Shown one piece after another: positions 1-9,002 of a stretch of 40,192 bases of DNA (its first letter is position 1; each line of letters begins with the position of its first letter). The position numbers and the translations under genes are program-made. Under the pieces are notes generated by a model that did not search any database, was not told the DNA's origin, and saw nothing but the letters and a program-made list of their open reading frames with translations. Source of the stretch: Omnitrophica bacterium RIFCSPHIGHO2_02_FULL_46_20 (GTDB taxonomy: Bacteria > Omnitrophota > Gorgyraeia > 2-01-FULL-45-10); contig MHFG01000003.1 of NCBI GenBank assembly GCA_001804065.1, positions 1 to 40,192 of the forward strand, given 5' to 3'.

Positions 1-119
1 ACCTTCTGTTTTGATTTTGACTCTCCATGTAAAATAGCGGCTAAATTAAACAGCAAAACGAATATTAATATGAGTATGTATAAACGTTCCCTTTGAATAA
101 ATCCGATTATTTTATTCAT
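1..119 (-). CDS. partial CDS, N-terminus only (continues past the left edge); hydrophobic segment, unknown function
   Basis: Hand translation from ATG at 119: MNKIIGFIQRERLYILILIFVLLFNLAAILHGESKSKQK. The frame is open to position 1 and starts 5 nt after the stop of the upstream gene. Confidence 0.3.
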   Translation of the reverse strand, partial: MNKIIGFIQRERLYILILIFVLLFNLAAILHGESKSKQK

Positions 120-124
120 ATGGT

Positions 125-1495
125 CTAACCTACAATCCCTAGAGATCTTGATCTAAAACTTGCTCCCAAATACTCCGCTATCCTCTCGCATTCTTTAAGA
201 CTTACGCCCGGCAGATTCAGACAAGTCACTTCCGCTTTTATATTATTAGCAACGCAGTCTTTGATAAAGTTCATGACCGCTTTATATGAATGGGGCCCGA
301 ATCTCGGCTTGCAAATTTTATTATATAGATCCTCCTTATCGGTATTCAGGCTCACTGAAACTTTGTCGACGAGGCCGACTATCTCCTTGACTATAGGCCT
401 CGAATTTATCAGATCGCCGTGGCCGTTAGTGACAAGCCGAATTATTGCGCCTTTCTTTTTCAATTTTTTTGAAACGGCCTTTACTACATTAAGCCGCGTT
501 GTGGGCTCACCGTAGCCGCAGAATACTATTTCTCTGTATCTATTAGGGTCGCCTATCACATTAAGAATTTCTTCAGCAGTCGGCTCCCTATCGAGTTTTA
601 AATTATGCCCTTTCAAAAAAGCCGTTTGCGCCCTTATGCAAAAAGAACAATTATTCGTACACTCATTGGTTATGTTCAGATATAACGAATCTCGTATTTC
701 ATAAGCGATCTTGGAATTTTGTTCTTTCAGATTCAACTTAAAAAGTTCATTAGCGTTATGCGTCGTTATTCTTTCTATGTCTTCTTTAGAAAGTCCCGAC
801 AGCTTAACCCACTCATCGACAAGGTACGTAAGGTGCGCGGGCTCATTTCTCTTCCCGCGCAGGCCTTCCGGAGAAAGATAAGGCGCGTCCGTCTCCAGAA
901 GAACTCTTTCCATCGGCGCGACTTTCGCCACTCCTCTTAAAGCTTCGGCTTTCTTAAATGTAAGATTACAAGTAAACGAAATATAAAAACCTATGTCGAG
1001 GCATTCTTTCAAGAATTCCCTGCTTCCGGAAAAACAGTGGACGACTCCGGTCAACTGTTTATCCTTCTCATCTTTCAGGATCCTCAACATATCTGAATCG
1101 GCCTCGCGTGAATGGATAATTAAAGGGAGTTTTAATTGATAAGCAAGATCTATGAATTTTTTGAATACAATTTGCTGGCTATCTTTGGACGATAGATTTC
1201 TGTAGTAGTCTAAGCCGACCTCGCCTATCGCGACTACCTTATCCTGATGGGCTAAATTCTTGATCTCTTCTATTATTTTATCTGTTACTGATCCTGCCTC
1301 GTGAGGGTGAATTCCTATTGAGGCATGGACCATATCGTATTTCTTGGCGAGTTCTACCGCGTGACGGCTCCCTTCGATGGAGCTTCCGACATTTATGATC
1401 CTTACAACGCCTTTTTCCCTGGCTCTATCTATAACGCTATCGCGATCATTATCAAAATCCTTGAAGTCAAGATGGCAGTGAGTATCAATAATCAT
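125..1495 (-). CDS. TatD-family hydrolase fused to a TatD-associated radical SAM domain
   Basis: N-terminal ~255 aa has TatD signatures (MIIDTHCHLDF, GIHPHEA, ETDAPYL). C-terminal ~195 aa has CTNNCSFC (CxxxCxxC radical SAM cluster motif) and GYGEPT. Confidence 0.85.
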   Translation of the reverse strand: MIIDTHCHLDFKDFDNDRDSVIDRAREKGVVRIINVGSSIEGSRHAVELAKKYDMVHASIGIHPHEAGSVTDKIIEEIKNLAHQDKVVAIGEVGLDYYRNLSSKDSQQIVFKKFIDLAYQLKLPLIIHSREADSDMLRILKDEKDKQLTGVVHCFSGSREFLKECLDIGFYISFTCNLTFKKAEALRGVAKVAPMERVLLETDAPYLSPEGLRGKRNEPAHLTYLVDEWVKLSGLSKEDIERITTHNANELFKLNLKEQNSKIAYEIRDSLYLNITNECTNNCSFCIRAQTAFLKGHNLKLDREPTAEEILNVIGDPNRYREIVFCGYGEPTTRLNVVKAVSKKLKKKGAIIRLVTNGHGDLINSRPIVKEIVGLVDKVSVSLNTDKEDLYNKICKPRFGPHSYKAVMNFIKDCVANNIKAEVTCLNLPGVSLKECERIAEYLGASFRSRSLGIVG

Positions 1496-1513
1496 TTAAT
1501 TACCCTTATCAGA

Positions 1514-3064
1514 CTAAGTCTCTATCCGGGGAAATAGCGGCTTGGATTTATTAACTTTTGCTGCGGTTTTTAACCTGCCCCAAACTTTTATATCGGCTAA
1601 TTTCATTTTTTCCGTGTCTTCTTTTATACCCAGTTGAGCCATTATACTCCTTGAAGCGCTCGGCATAAATGGATATATCGATAGAGAAATTATCCTAAGC
1701 GCTTCTAATAGACTATAGAGCAAAGAAGCAAGCTCATCCGCCTTCTTCTCTTTCGACAGGGCCCACGGCTTTGAATCCTCTATCAATTTATTAGCGGTAT
1801 TTATAACATCCCATATTTTTGACAATACGCCCGCAAAATCCAATTGCGGCATCGCATCATTTAATTCCTCCGCTAAACTAATTGCCTTGGTTTTTAACTC
1901 TTCCGCGCCCTTGACGTTAGAGCTTTGACCTTTGACTTCCGGCACTTTACCTTCAAAGTATTTTTCGACCATCGTAAGCGTTCTATTCAATAAATTTCCC
2001 AGATCATTAGCGAGATCGCTGTTATATCTCAAAATAAGAGTCTCTTCGCTAAAAGTTCCATCGAGTCCGAACGATACCTCCCTTAGTAGAAAATATCTGT
2101 ACGCATCTATGCCATAGTCTTCTATCAATTTAAGCGGTTCAATCACATTGCCTTTAGATTTGGACATCTTCTCGCCCTTAACTACCCACCATCCATGGGC
2201 AAATATCGTATTGGGCGGCTCGATGCCAAGCGCATGCAGCATGACCGGCCAATAGACCGCGTGGTGACGTAAAATATCCTTGCCTATGATATGGAAATCC
2301 GCCGGCCAGTATTTTTTGAAACGCGCCATATCATGCGGATAGCCTATGCCTGATATATAGTTTATGAGCGCGTCAAACCACACATACGTTACAAAATTCT
2401 TATCGAACGGTATCTCTATGCCCCATGACATACGGCTCTTCGGCCTCGATATACATAGATCGAGAAGCGGCTCTTTCAAAAATCCCAGGACCTCATTCTT
2501 GCGGAAATCGGGTTTTATAAAAGCAGGGTTAGAATTTACGTGATCGATGAGCCAGTTTTGGTATTCTGACATCTTAAAAAAATAATTTTCCTCGTCGAGT
2601 TTTTCTAGCTGCCTCTTGCAATCAGGGCACAGCCCGTCATCGCTTTGCGCGTCAGACCAAAATGTCTCGCAAGGAGTGCAGAACCAGCCTTTATATATTT
2701 TCTTATAGATATTGCCTTCTTTGTATAACTTATCCAATATGACTTGCACGCTCTTTATATGATAATCGTCCGTCGTCCTTATGAAATAATCATATTGGAC
2801 ATCGATCTTATGCCATAGATTCTTGAAGGTCAGGACTATCTCGTCTACAAACTTCTTCTCTTCGCCTTCTTTCAAGCCTTTGGCGAGAGCCGCCCTTTCT
2901 ATCTTCTCGCCATGCTCATCTGTCCCTGTCATGAAGAAGACATCATAGCCCTTCATACGGTAGAACCGTGATAGGGCGTCTACCGCGATATTGGTATATG
3001 AATGGCCTATGTGTGGTTTTGAATTTACGTAGTAAAGCGGGGTTGTGATGTAGAATTTACTCAT
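1514..3064 (-). CDS. metG: methionine--tRNA ligase
   Basis: Class I aaRS motifs PHIGHSYT (HIGH) and KMSKSKG (KMSKS), plus a CPDC zinc knuckle. Its start overlaps the ricT stop (TAATG). Confidence 0.95.
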   Translation of the reverse strand: MSKFYITTPLYYVNSKPHIGHSYTNIAVDALSRFYRMKGYDVFFMTGTDEHGEKIERAALAKGLKEGEEKKFVDEIVLTFKNLWHKIDVQYDYFIRTTDDYHIKSVQVILDKLYKEGNIYKKIYKGWFCTPCETFWSDAQSDDGLCPDCKRQLEKLDEENYFFKMSEYQNWLIDHVNSNPAFIKPDFRKNEVLGFLKEPLLDLCISRPKSRMSWGIEIPFDKNFVTYVWFDALINYISGIGYPHDMARFKKYWPADFHIIGKDILRHHAVYWPVMLHALGIEPPNTIFAHGWWVVKGEKMSKSKGNVIEPLKLIEDYGIDAYRYFLLREVSFGLDGTFSEETLILRYNSDLANDLGNLLNRTLTMVEKYFEGKVPEVKGQSSNVKGAEELKTKAISLAEELNDAMPQLDFAGVLSKIWDVINTANKLIEDSKPWALSKEKKADELASLLYSLLEALRIISLSIYPFMPSASRSIMAQLGIKEDTEKMKLADIKVWGRLKTAAKVNKSKPLFPRIET

Positions 3065-3849
3065 TATTGCTTATACGGCACTTCGATCAGGCTTCCGTCA
3101 TCAAGCTCAACGGTTGCTGATCGCTTGATGGCATTAATACCTATAACCTTGCCTGAGCCTTTTTCTGTTTTTATGACGTCTCCTTCGCGCGGGGCGCCTT
3201 TCATCAGCTCTTTATAAGTCTTATGCTCGTAACTCAGGCAGCACATAAGTCTGCCGCAAAGGCCCGATATCTTGGTCGGATTAAGCGGGAGGTTCTGCTC
3301 TTTGGCCATCTTTATCGTAACCGGTTCAAAATCCTTTAAAAACGTCGCGCAACACAACACTCTCCCGCAAGGCCCGAAACCACCCAGCATCTTGGCCTCA
3401 TCGCGCACACCTATCTGCTTTAACTCTATCCTTGCCTTGAATACGTTCGCCAGGTCTTTTACGAGGTCCCTAAAGTCGATCCTGCCTTCGGCCGTGAAAT
3501 AAAACATGATCTTCGAGCGGTCGAAAGAAAATTCGGCGTCTATGAGTTTCATCGCAAGGTGACGTTCCTGTATCTTCTTGGAGCAGGTATCCATGACCTC
3601 TTTTATCTTCTTCTTGTTCTTCTCTATCTGGTGCATGTCCCATGGGTTCGCCTTTCTTATCACCTTTCGCAACGGCTCTTCGACATCCGAATCGAGTATG
3701 ACTTCAGCTTCTGAGATCGCCTGCCCGTAGTCTAACCCCCTGTCGGCTTCTACGACCACATAATCTCCCGTCTTAAACTTCATCCCGCCCGTTGAGTAAT
3801 AAGAGATCTTTCCCGCGTCCCTTAACCTTACCTGAATTACTTCGTACAT
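3064..3849 (-). CDS. ricT: PSP1-domain protein, YaaT/RicT homologue
   Basis: Full-length resemblance (from memory) to B. subtilis YaaT: RIELKQIGVRDEAKMLGGFGPCGRVLCC and LNPTKISGLCGRLMCCL Cys motifs. It sits in the conserved holB-ricT position. Confidence 0.85.
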   Translation of the reverse strand: MYEVIQVRLRDAGKISYYSTGGMKFKTGDYVVVEADRGLDYGQAISEAEVILDSDVEEPLRKVIRKANPWDMHQIEKNKKKIKEVMDTCSKKIQERHLAMKLIDAEFSFDRSKIMFYFTAEGRIDFRDLVKDLANVFKARIELKQIGVRDEAKMLGGFGPCGRVLCCATFLKDFEPVTIKMAKEQNLPLNPTKISGLCGRLMCCLSYEHKTYKELMKGAPREGDVIKTEKGSGKVIGINAIKRSATVELDDGSLIEVPYKQ

Positions 3850-4814
3850 TAACTCCCCCGATTTATTTTAATACCTAATACGCTCATCGCGAGCTTTTGG
3901 TTAACATTCCGATCTAAATAGGTAAAAGTTGATACGATATTACTTATGACGTCTTCGAGATATTCAAAACTCATCCGCCTTGCTTCGTTAGAGATTATAT
4001 CTTTTTTGTCGATATTTACAAGCATATAATCTTCTAATCCAACCTTCATATTAAGTATATCTCTGTACCAGCTTAAAAGTATATTCAGATAAAGCCTGAA
4101 ATCTTCTTTACGGACATTGTCAAAATCTAAATTCAACGGTCTGGACGAAATGCTTTTCATGAGCGAAGCCCTTTTGGTAAAAATATCATCGTCTTTAAAT
4201 CTCATCGCCTCGCCGAGCCTGCCGCCTGATAGGTGCGCCAATATGTGCGCGGGTGTTCCATCGAGTAAATATTCTTTTGTCAAAATCCCTTCTATCTCTT
4301 TCAGTTTTAATGGGAAGAATCTGACTACCTGAGAGCGTGATACGATAGTATGGAAAAGCGCCTTTAGATTTTCAGTTATTAATATAAGGATAGAATCGGC
4401 CGGAGGCTCTTCCAGGGTCTTTAGTAACGCGTTCGCTGCCTCATGCTTCATATCTTGAGCGCCGTCTATTATATAAACTTTCTTCCTTGCCTCAAACGGC
4501 TTAAGATAAATATCCTTTATGATCTGGCGCACATCTTCTATCTTGATAGAGCCGCCCTCTTTCTGGGGACTTATAATAGATATGTCCGGATGCAAAGACT
4601 CGTTTATTTTTTTACATGACAGGCACATTTCGCACACCTCGTATGAGGAGGCCCTCTCGCAGTTTAAGGCCTTCGCAAAATTTATTGCGGTAAGGCGCTT
4701 TCCAACGCCGTCGGGTCCGGAAAATATATAGGCGTGAGATAATCTATTATTACTTATCGCTGATTTTAGAAATGACACAGCGCTATCTTGACCTTTTAAA
4801 TCCGCGAAGGACAA
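3849..4814 (-). CDS. holB: DNA polymerase III delta-prime subunit
   Basis: Clamp-loader AAA+ features: GPDGVGK P-loop, Cys-rich Zn module CERASSYEVCEMCLSCKK, and TIVSRSQ (SRC-type) motif. Confidence 0.85.
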   Translation of the reverse strand: MSFADLKGQDSAVSFLKSAISNNRLSHAYIFSGPDGVGKRLTAINFAKALNCERASSYEVCEMCLSCKKINESLHPDISIISPQKEGGSIKIEDVRQIIKDIYLKPFEARKKVYIIDGAQDMKHEAANALLKTLEEPPADSILILITENLKALFHTIVSRSQVVRFFPLKLKEIEGILTKEYLLDGTPAHILAHLSGGRLGEAMRFKDDDIFTKRASLMKSISSRPLNLDFDNVRKEDFRLYLNILLSWYRDILNMKVGLEDYMLVNIDKKDIISNEARRMSFEYLEDVISNIVSTFTYLDRNVNQKLAMSVLGIKINRGS

Positions 4815-5436
4815 TCTCCGCCTCTTCTCTTATATGCGCCTGAACCTTATTGATCGCTCCGTCAACCTTTATAACCTTTATTCTCTTGGGATTCTTTTTT
4901 GCCAATTTCAAATAGCCCGCCCTAACCCTTTTATGATAAGCGATATCTTTTGACTCCATCCTGTCGGCGCCTTTTTTACGGGCCCTTTTCAGGCCTTCCG
5001 CGGTATCTATATCCAAAAGAATGGTAAGATCGGGGACCACGCCATCCGTCGCTATTCTATCGAGCGTCTTTATCACCGTCAAATCCACACGACCGCCATA
5101 TCCCTGGTAACTTACTGTGGCATCGCTGAACCTGTCGCTTATAACCATAGAGTTCTTATCAAGCGCCGGTTTTATTATCTCTTTCACAATCTGCGCGCGG
5201 CATGCCTCGAACAAAAAAAGTTCGGCCAAATCCGATATCCGTATGCCGTTCGAATTTAGAAGCACTCTTCTTACCGCTTCGCCGAGCTTGGTCCCGCCAG
5301 GCTCACGCGTATACACAGAATTGAGCCGTATTTTTTTCAGGTATTCAAAGAGAAGCATGGATTGCGTGCTTTTACCGCAGCCCTCAATGCCTTCGAATGT
5401 GATAAGTATGCCTCTTCTTAAGGCTTCCTTCGCCAT
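4783..5436 (-). CDS. tmk: thymidylate kinase
   Basis: P-loop ITFEGIEGCGKSTQ, a DRF-type motif (ISDRFSDATVSYQG), and ~215 aa length typical of Tmk. Confidence 0.95.
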   Translation of the reverse strand: MAKEALRRGILITFEGIEGCGKSTQSMLLFEYLKKIRLNSVYTREPGGTKLGEAVRRVLLNSNGIRISDLAELFLFEACRAQIVKEIIKPALDKNSMVISDRFSDATVSYQGYGGRVDLTVIKTLDRIATDGVVPDLTILLDIDTAEGLKRARKKGADRMESKDIAYHKRVRAGYLKLAKKNPKRIKVIKVDGAINKVQAHIREEAEIVLRGFKRSR

Positions 5437-6860
5437 GTCGTTCCGTCTTTTGTGTCCTCGAGTATGATGCCTTTCATCACCAACCTATCTCTTATAAGAT
5501 CAGACTTTTTAAAATCTTTTGAACGCCGCGCCTCGTCCCTTTCCTCTATTAATTTTAGAATATCATTCTCGTCGATTTCTTCTTTCGAAATAAGTTTTGA
5601 AAGATTAAGGCCAAAGACCGAAGCCAGTTTTGTCAAAACTCTTTTTATAACAATGAGTTCATTAACCTCGTATTCTGTAAATGACGTTTTCCCTTGCATA
5701 TATATATTAGCGTAAGTTACGAGATCGAATAATACCGCCAATGCCATGGGTGTATTAAAATCATCATCCATCGCCTCTTCGAATCGCGTTGTAGAATTTG
5801 TAGACGCCGTGGTAACTTTTTTTATTTTAAACCGCGGTTCCGGCTCCTTGATCTTATCTAATTTATCAAACAGGATCAAGAATCGCTCTTTCTGGGACAT
5901 CATCTCTTGTATCTTCTCTTCGGTATAATCCACAGGATGCCTGTAATGAGTGTTCAGAAAAAGCAATTTCAGATAATCCGCGTCTTTATACTTAGATATA
6001 AAATCTTTTATAGATACGAAATTACCCAAAGATTTGGCCATCTTTTCGTTATTGATAGTCAGGAGGCCGTTATGTATCCAGTATCTGGCAAAAGCCTTAC
6101 CCGCCCCTTCGGACTGAGCTATCTCATTTTCATGGTGCGGAAATATGAGATCGACTCCTCCGCCGTGGACATCGAATTCATCACCCAGTATATCGGAACT
6201 CATCGCGGAACATTCTATGTGCCAGCCCGGACGGCCCATTCCCCAGGGACTATTCCATGAGGGCTCTGTATCTTTCGCTTTTTTCCATAACGCGAAATCG
6301 AGCGGATCTTTCTTATCCTCTCCCGAAGAGCCCCTCGCCCCTGCCTCCATCTTATCAAGATTCTGATTTGACAGCTTTCCGTAATCCTTAGCCTTCCTTA
6401 TATTGAAATAGACATCGCCGTTCGCCTCGTAAGCGCGTCCTCTCTCTATAAGAAGCCCGATAAATTTAACCATCTTGGAGATATATTCTGTCGCCTTAGG
6501 TTCTTTATCCGGGCCGCCAATCCCGAGTAATGCCATATCCTCGTGGTACGAAGCGAGGTATTGCCGCGATATTTGACCGGCGGCCTCTTCTAGGCTGATG
6601 ACTGAAAGCTGATGGCTGAAAGCTGACCGCGCTTTGTCAATAATTTTATCATCCACATCAGTGACGTTCCTTACAAACGTCACTTCGTATCCTCTGTATT
6701 CAAAATAACGGCGGATACAATCAAATATGTAGGCGCTTCTGGCATGTCCGATATGCGGCTCATCGTAGACAGTTGGGCCGCATATATACATTCCTATCTT
6801 GCCTTTTTTGAGGGATACGAATTCTTCTTTCGTCCTTGTGAGAGAATTATATATCTTCAC
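5418..6860 (-). CDS. cysS: cysteine--tRNA ligase (GTG start)
   Basis: PHIGHARS (HIGH) and KMAKSLGN (KMSKS). The N-terminus [13 protein letters not shown] is typical of CysS. GGAGAAGG Shine-Dalgarno lies 5-13 nt upstream of the GTG. Confidence 0.95.
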   Translation of the reverse strand: MKIYNSLTRTKEEFVSLKKGKIGMYICGPTVYDEPHIGHARSAYIFDCIRRYFEYRGYEVTFVRNVTDVDDKIIDKARSAFSHQLSVISLEEAAGQISRQYLASYHEDMALLGIGGPDKEPKATEYISKMVKFIGLLIERGRAYEANGDVYFNIRKAKDYGKLSNQNLDKMEAGARGSSGEDKKDPLDFALWKKAKDTEPSWNSPWGMGRPGWHIECSAMSSDILGDEFDVHGGGVDLIFPHHENEIAQSEGAGKAFARYWIHNGLLTINNEKMAKSLGNFVSIKDFISKYKDADYLKLLFLNTHYRHPVDYTEEKIQEMMSQKERFLILFDKLDKIKEPEPRFKIKKVTTASTNSTTRFEEAMDDDFNTPMALAVLFDLVTYANIYMQGKTSFTEYEVNELIVIKRVLTKLASVFGLNLSKLISKEEIDENDILKLIEERDEARRSKDFKKSDLIRDRLVMKGIILEDTKDGTTWRRKP

Positions 6861-6962
6861 CTAAGCACCTTCTCCGTCCATCCCGCGCCTTTAAGAAGGT
6901 GCGGATGTTCACCCCGCACCTTCTTCCGCCACGTAAGCCTTCTTTAGAAGGTGCGGGGTTCA
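6858..6962 (-). promoter_or_regulatory. four-arm alternative-pairing element between the cysE stop and cysS start; candidate SD-sequestering translational relay
   Basis: Hand pairing of minus-strand arms 6959-6946 / 6924-6911 / 6904-6893 / 6873-6865 gives helices of 14, 12 and 9 bp. The last arm is the cysS SD. Confidence 0.4.
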
Positions 6963-7637
6963 CTTCTCTAATCTGTCTAACCTCTCCTTCAGCTCTTCTA
7001 TCTCCTGTAATAGCGGATCTAGAACATGGATATGGTCCAAACTTACATCAATCTTTTTACCGTCCTGCTTTGTGATCCTGCCAGGCACTCCCACAATAGT
7101 CGAGTTATTCGGCACATCCTTAATAACAACGGCATTGGAACCAATATAAGAATTATCACCTATCGTAATATTCCCTAAAACTTTAGCGCCGGCGCCGATA
7201 ACCGCATTATCTCCTATCGTCGGATGACGTTTTCCTTTTTCCTTGCCTGTCCCGCCAAGCGTAACGCCCTGATACATGGTGACATTATCACCGATTATCG
7301 CGGTTTCACCGATAACTATACCCATGCCATGGTCTATAAATAGACCTTCGCCTATTCTAGCGCCAGGATGTATCTCGATTCCGGTAAGAAAGCGCCCTAG
7401 TTGTGAAATCCATCTTGGCAGAAACGGTATGCGCATTTTCAAAAATGCTTTGGCTATCTTGTGGAATACCAGCGCGTGCAGGCCCGAGTAGGTCAGCAGC
7501 ACCTCTAAGAAGCTTGTCGCAGCAGGATCACGCTCAAAGACAGCCTTTATCTCTTTTCTGAAAGCTGCCGCGACAAGCAACCAGAAGATTACTAGTATCA
7601 AAATTATATTCAGCAGCAAACTAAGGCAGATTGTCAT
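6960..7637 (-). CDS. cysE: serine O-acetyltransferase (start codon uncertain)
   Basis: [22 protein letters not shown] matches the short-form SAT N-domain, followed by left-handed hexapeptide repeats ([30 protein letters not shown]). The first ~26 codons are hydrophobic and overlap ispF. Confidence 0.85.
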   Translation of the reverse strand: MTICLSLLLNIILILVIFWLLVAAAFRKEIKAVFERDPAATSFLEVLLTYSGLHALVFHKIAKAFLKMRIPFLPRWISQLGRFLTGIEIHPGARIGEGLFIDHGMGIVIGETAIIGDNVTMYQGVTLGGTGKEKGKRHPTIGDNAVIGAGAKVLGNITIGDNSYIGSNAVVIKDVPNNSTIVGVPGRITKQDGKKIDVSLDHIHVLDPLLQEIEELKERLDRLEK

Positions 7638-8151
7638 GTCTCACCTCTTTTTCAAGTGTCGCGACGGCATAAGCCGCTATCGCGTCGCCTTTACCAATAG
7701 AACCCACGCCCTCATTGGTAGTCGCCTTTATGTTAATCCGTGATTTGTCTACGCCTAAAATTTCGGCAATCACTTCTACCATCTTATCTTTGAACGGATA
7801 GATCTTTGGCTCTTCTGCTATTATTACTGTGTCGACATTATTTACAACGTAATTTTTTGACGCGGCCATTTCCGCTACTTTCTTCAGTATCTCTTTACTC
7901 TGTATATCCTTATAATCTGGATCGGTGTTCGGAAAATGCTCGCCGATATCACCCAGCGACAGCGCGCCCAAAAGCGCATCCGCTATGGCGTGTAAGACCA
8001 CGTCTCCGTCCGAATACCCTATCAGCCCTTTTACATAAGGTATATCAACTCCGCCTAAAAAGAGCGGCCTTTCCTCGACAAGCCTGTGTATGTCGTATCC
8101 TATGCCTATTCTTACCCCGCTCTTTTGACAAACCAATCCGTTATCGCGCAT
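7621..8151 (-). CDS. ispF: 2-C-methyl-D-erythritol 2,4-cyclodiphosphate synthase
   Basis: [10 protein letters not shown] and [17 protein letters not shown] motifs; ~160-aa core. Confidence 0.9.
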   Translation of the reverse strand: MRDNGLVCQKSGVRIGIGYDIHRLVEERPLFLGGVDIPYVKGLIGYSDGDVVLHAIADALLGALSLGDIGEHFPNTDPDYKDIQSKEILKKVAEMAASKNYVVNNVDTVIIAEEPKIYPFKDKMVEVIAEILGVDKSRINIKATTNEGVGSIGKGDAIAAYAVATLEKEVRHDNLP

Positions 8152-8227
8152 ATCTCTTTATCATCTTTCCGATTATATTATTCATTAATCTTATCCAATA
8201 AAAGCTGTACGTCAAAAGGGCTTAGGA

Positions 8228-8920
8228 TCATATCAGCGCCTCCGCTATTTTTAAATCCTCTTTGGTAGTTACCTTTATATTGCGGGCCGAGGATTTAAGT
8301 ATCTTAACGGTCTTACCCAAGCGCTCCAAAACACAAGCGTCATCAGTCATATTCAGATTACCTTTAATACGGCTTAATGCTTTTTTCAGGATATCGTATC
8401 TGAAGGTTTGCGGCGTTTGCGCGCTCCATAAATATTTTCTATCGAGCGTTCTTTCGACAAACAAATTCTTGTCGACTAATTTTATGGTGTCAGTCGCAGG
8501 CCGCGCGGCCACGCACCCGCCGAATTTCTTTGCGTAACGAATGGAATCTCTTATTGTTCTTGTCTCGGGAAATGGCCTTGCGCCGTCATGGATCAAAACT
8601 ATATCGCAAGGCTTGTCGATCGCTCTGAAGCAATTTCTAACGGACTCTGTACGCGTCTTCCCGCCTTTAACTATCCCGATTACTTTCTTAAAACCGTATC
8701 TATTTATTATTTCTTTTAGGCGCTCTATGGATTCCGCTTCAACCGCAATTATTATACCGTTAATATATTTGGCCGCGGCAAGAGCTTCGAGCGAATACGC
8801 TATTAAGGGTTTACCGCCCAATAGCACGAAGGGCTTCTTTTCTTTGGACTTCAGCCTTTTCCCCGAACCGGCTGCCGGGATTATCGCGACAGTCTTCACC
8901 CCGCTCATTCTCCTATTCAT
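8228..8920 (-). CDS. ispD: 2-C-methyl-D-erythritol 4-phosphate cytidylyltransferase
   Basis: AIIPAAGSGKRL nucleotide-binding loop, VLIHDGARP, and QTPQTF motif. Confidence 0.9.
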   Translation of the reverse strand: MNRRMSGVKTVAIIPAAGSGKRLKSKEKKPFVLLGGKPLIAYSLEALAAAKYINGIIIAVEAESIERLKEIINRYGFKKVIGIVKGGKTRTESVRNCFRAIDKPCDIVLIHDGARPFPETRTIRDSIRYAKKFGGCVAARPATDTIKLVDKNLFVERTLDRKYLWSAQTPQTFRYDILKKALSRIKGNLNMTDDACVLERLGKTVKILKSSARNIKVTTKEDLKIAEALI

Positions 8921-9002
8921 TACCCTGCCCTTAAGAATGGGCGGGGTTCATCCCCGCCCCTTTTTATAGACATTTTCTCTTTTGAGGAAAGGGCGGGACT
9001 CA
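8918..9002 (-). promoter_or_regulatory. GC-rich four-arm palindromic element between the yacL stop and ispD start
   Basis: Arms 8999-8986, 8960-8952, 8946-8939 and 8930-8923 on the minus strand. The central GGGCGGGG/CCCCGCCC pair forms an 8-bp hairpin with a 5-nt loop. Confidence 0.35.

Noticed and set aside
6861-6959. T-box riboswitch or classical transcription attenuator upstream of cysS
   Set aside because: The spacer is only 99 nt, with no stem I/specifier architecture, no T-box consensus and no U-run after any helix. It is reinterpreted as a translational relay in the findings.
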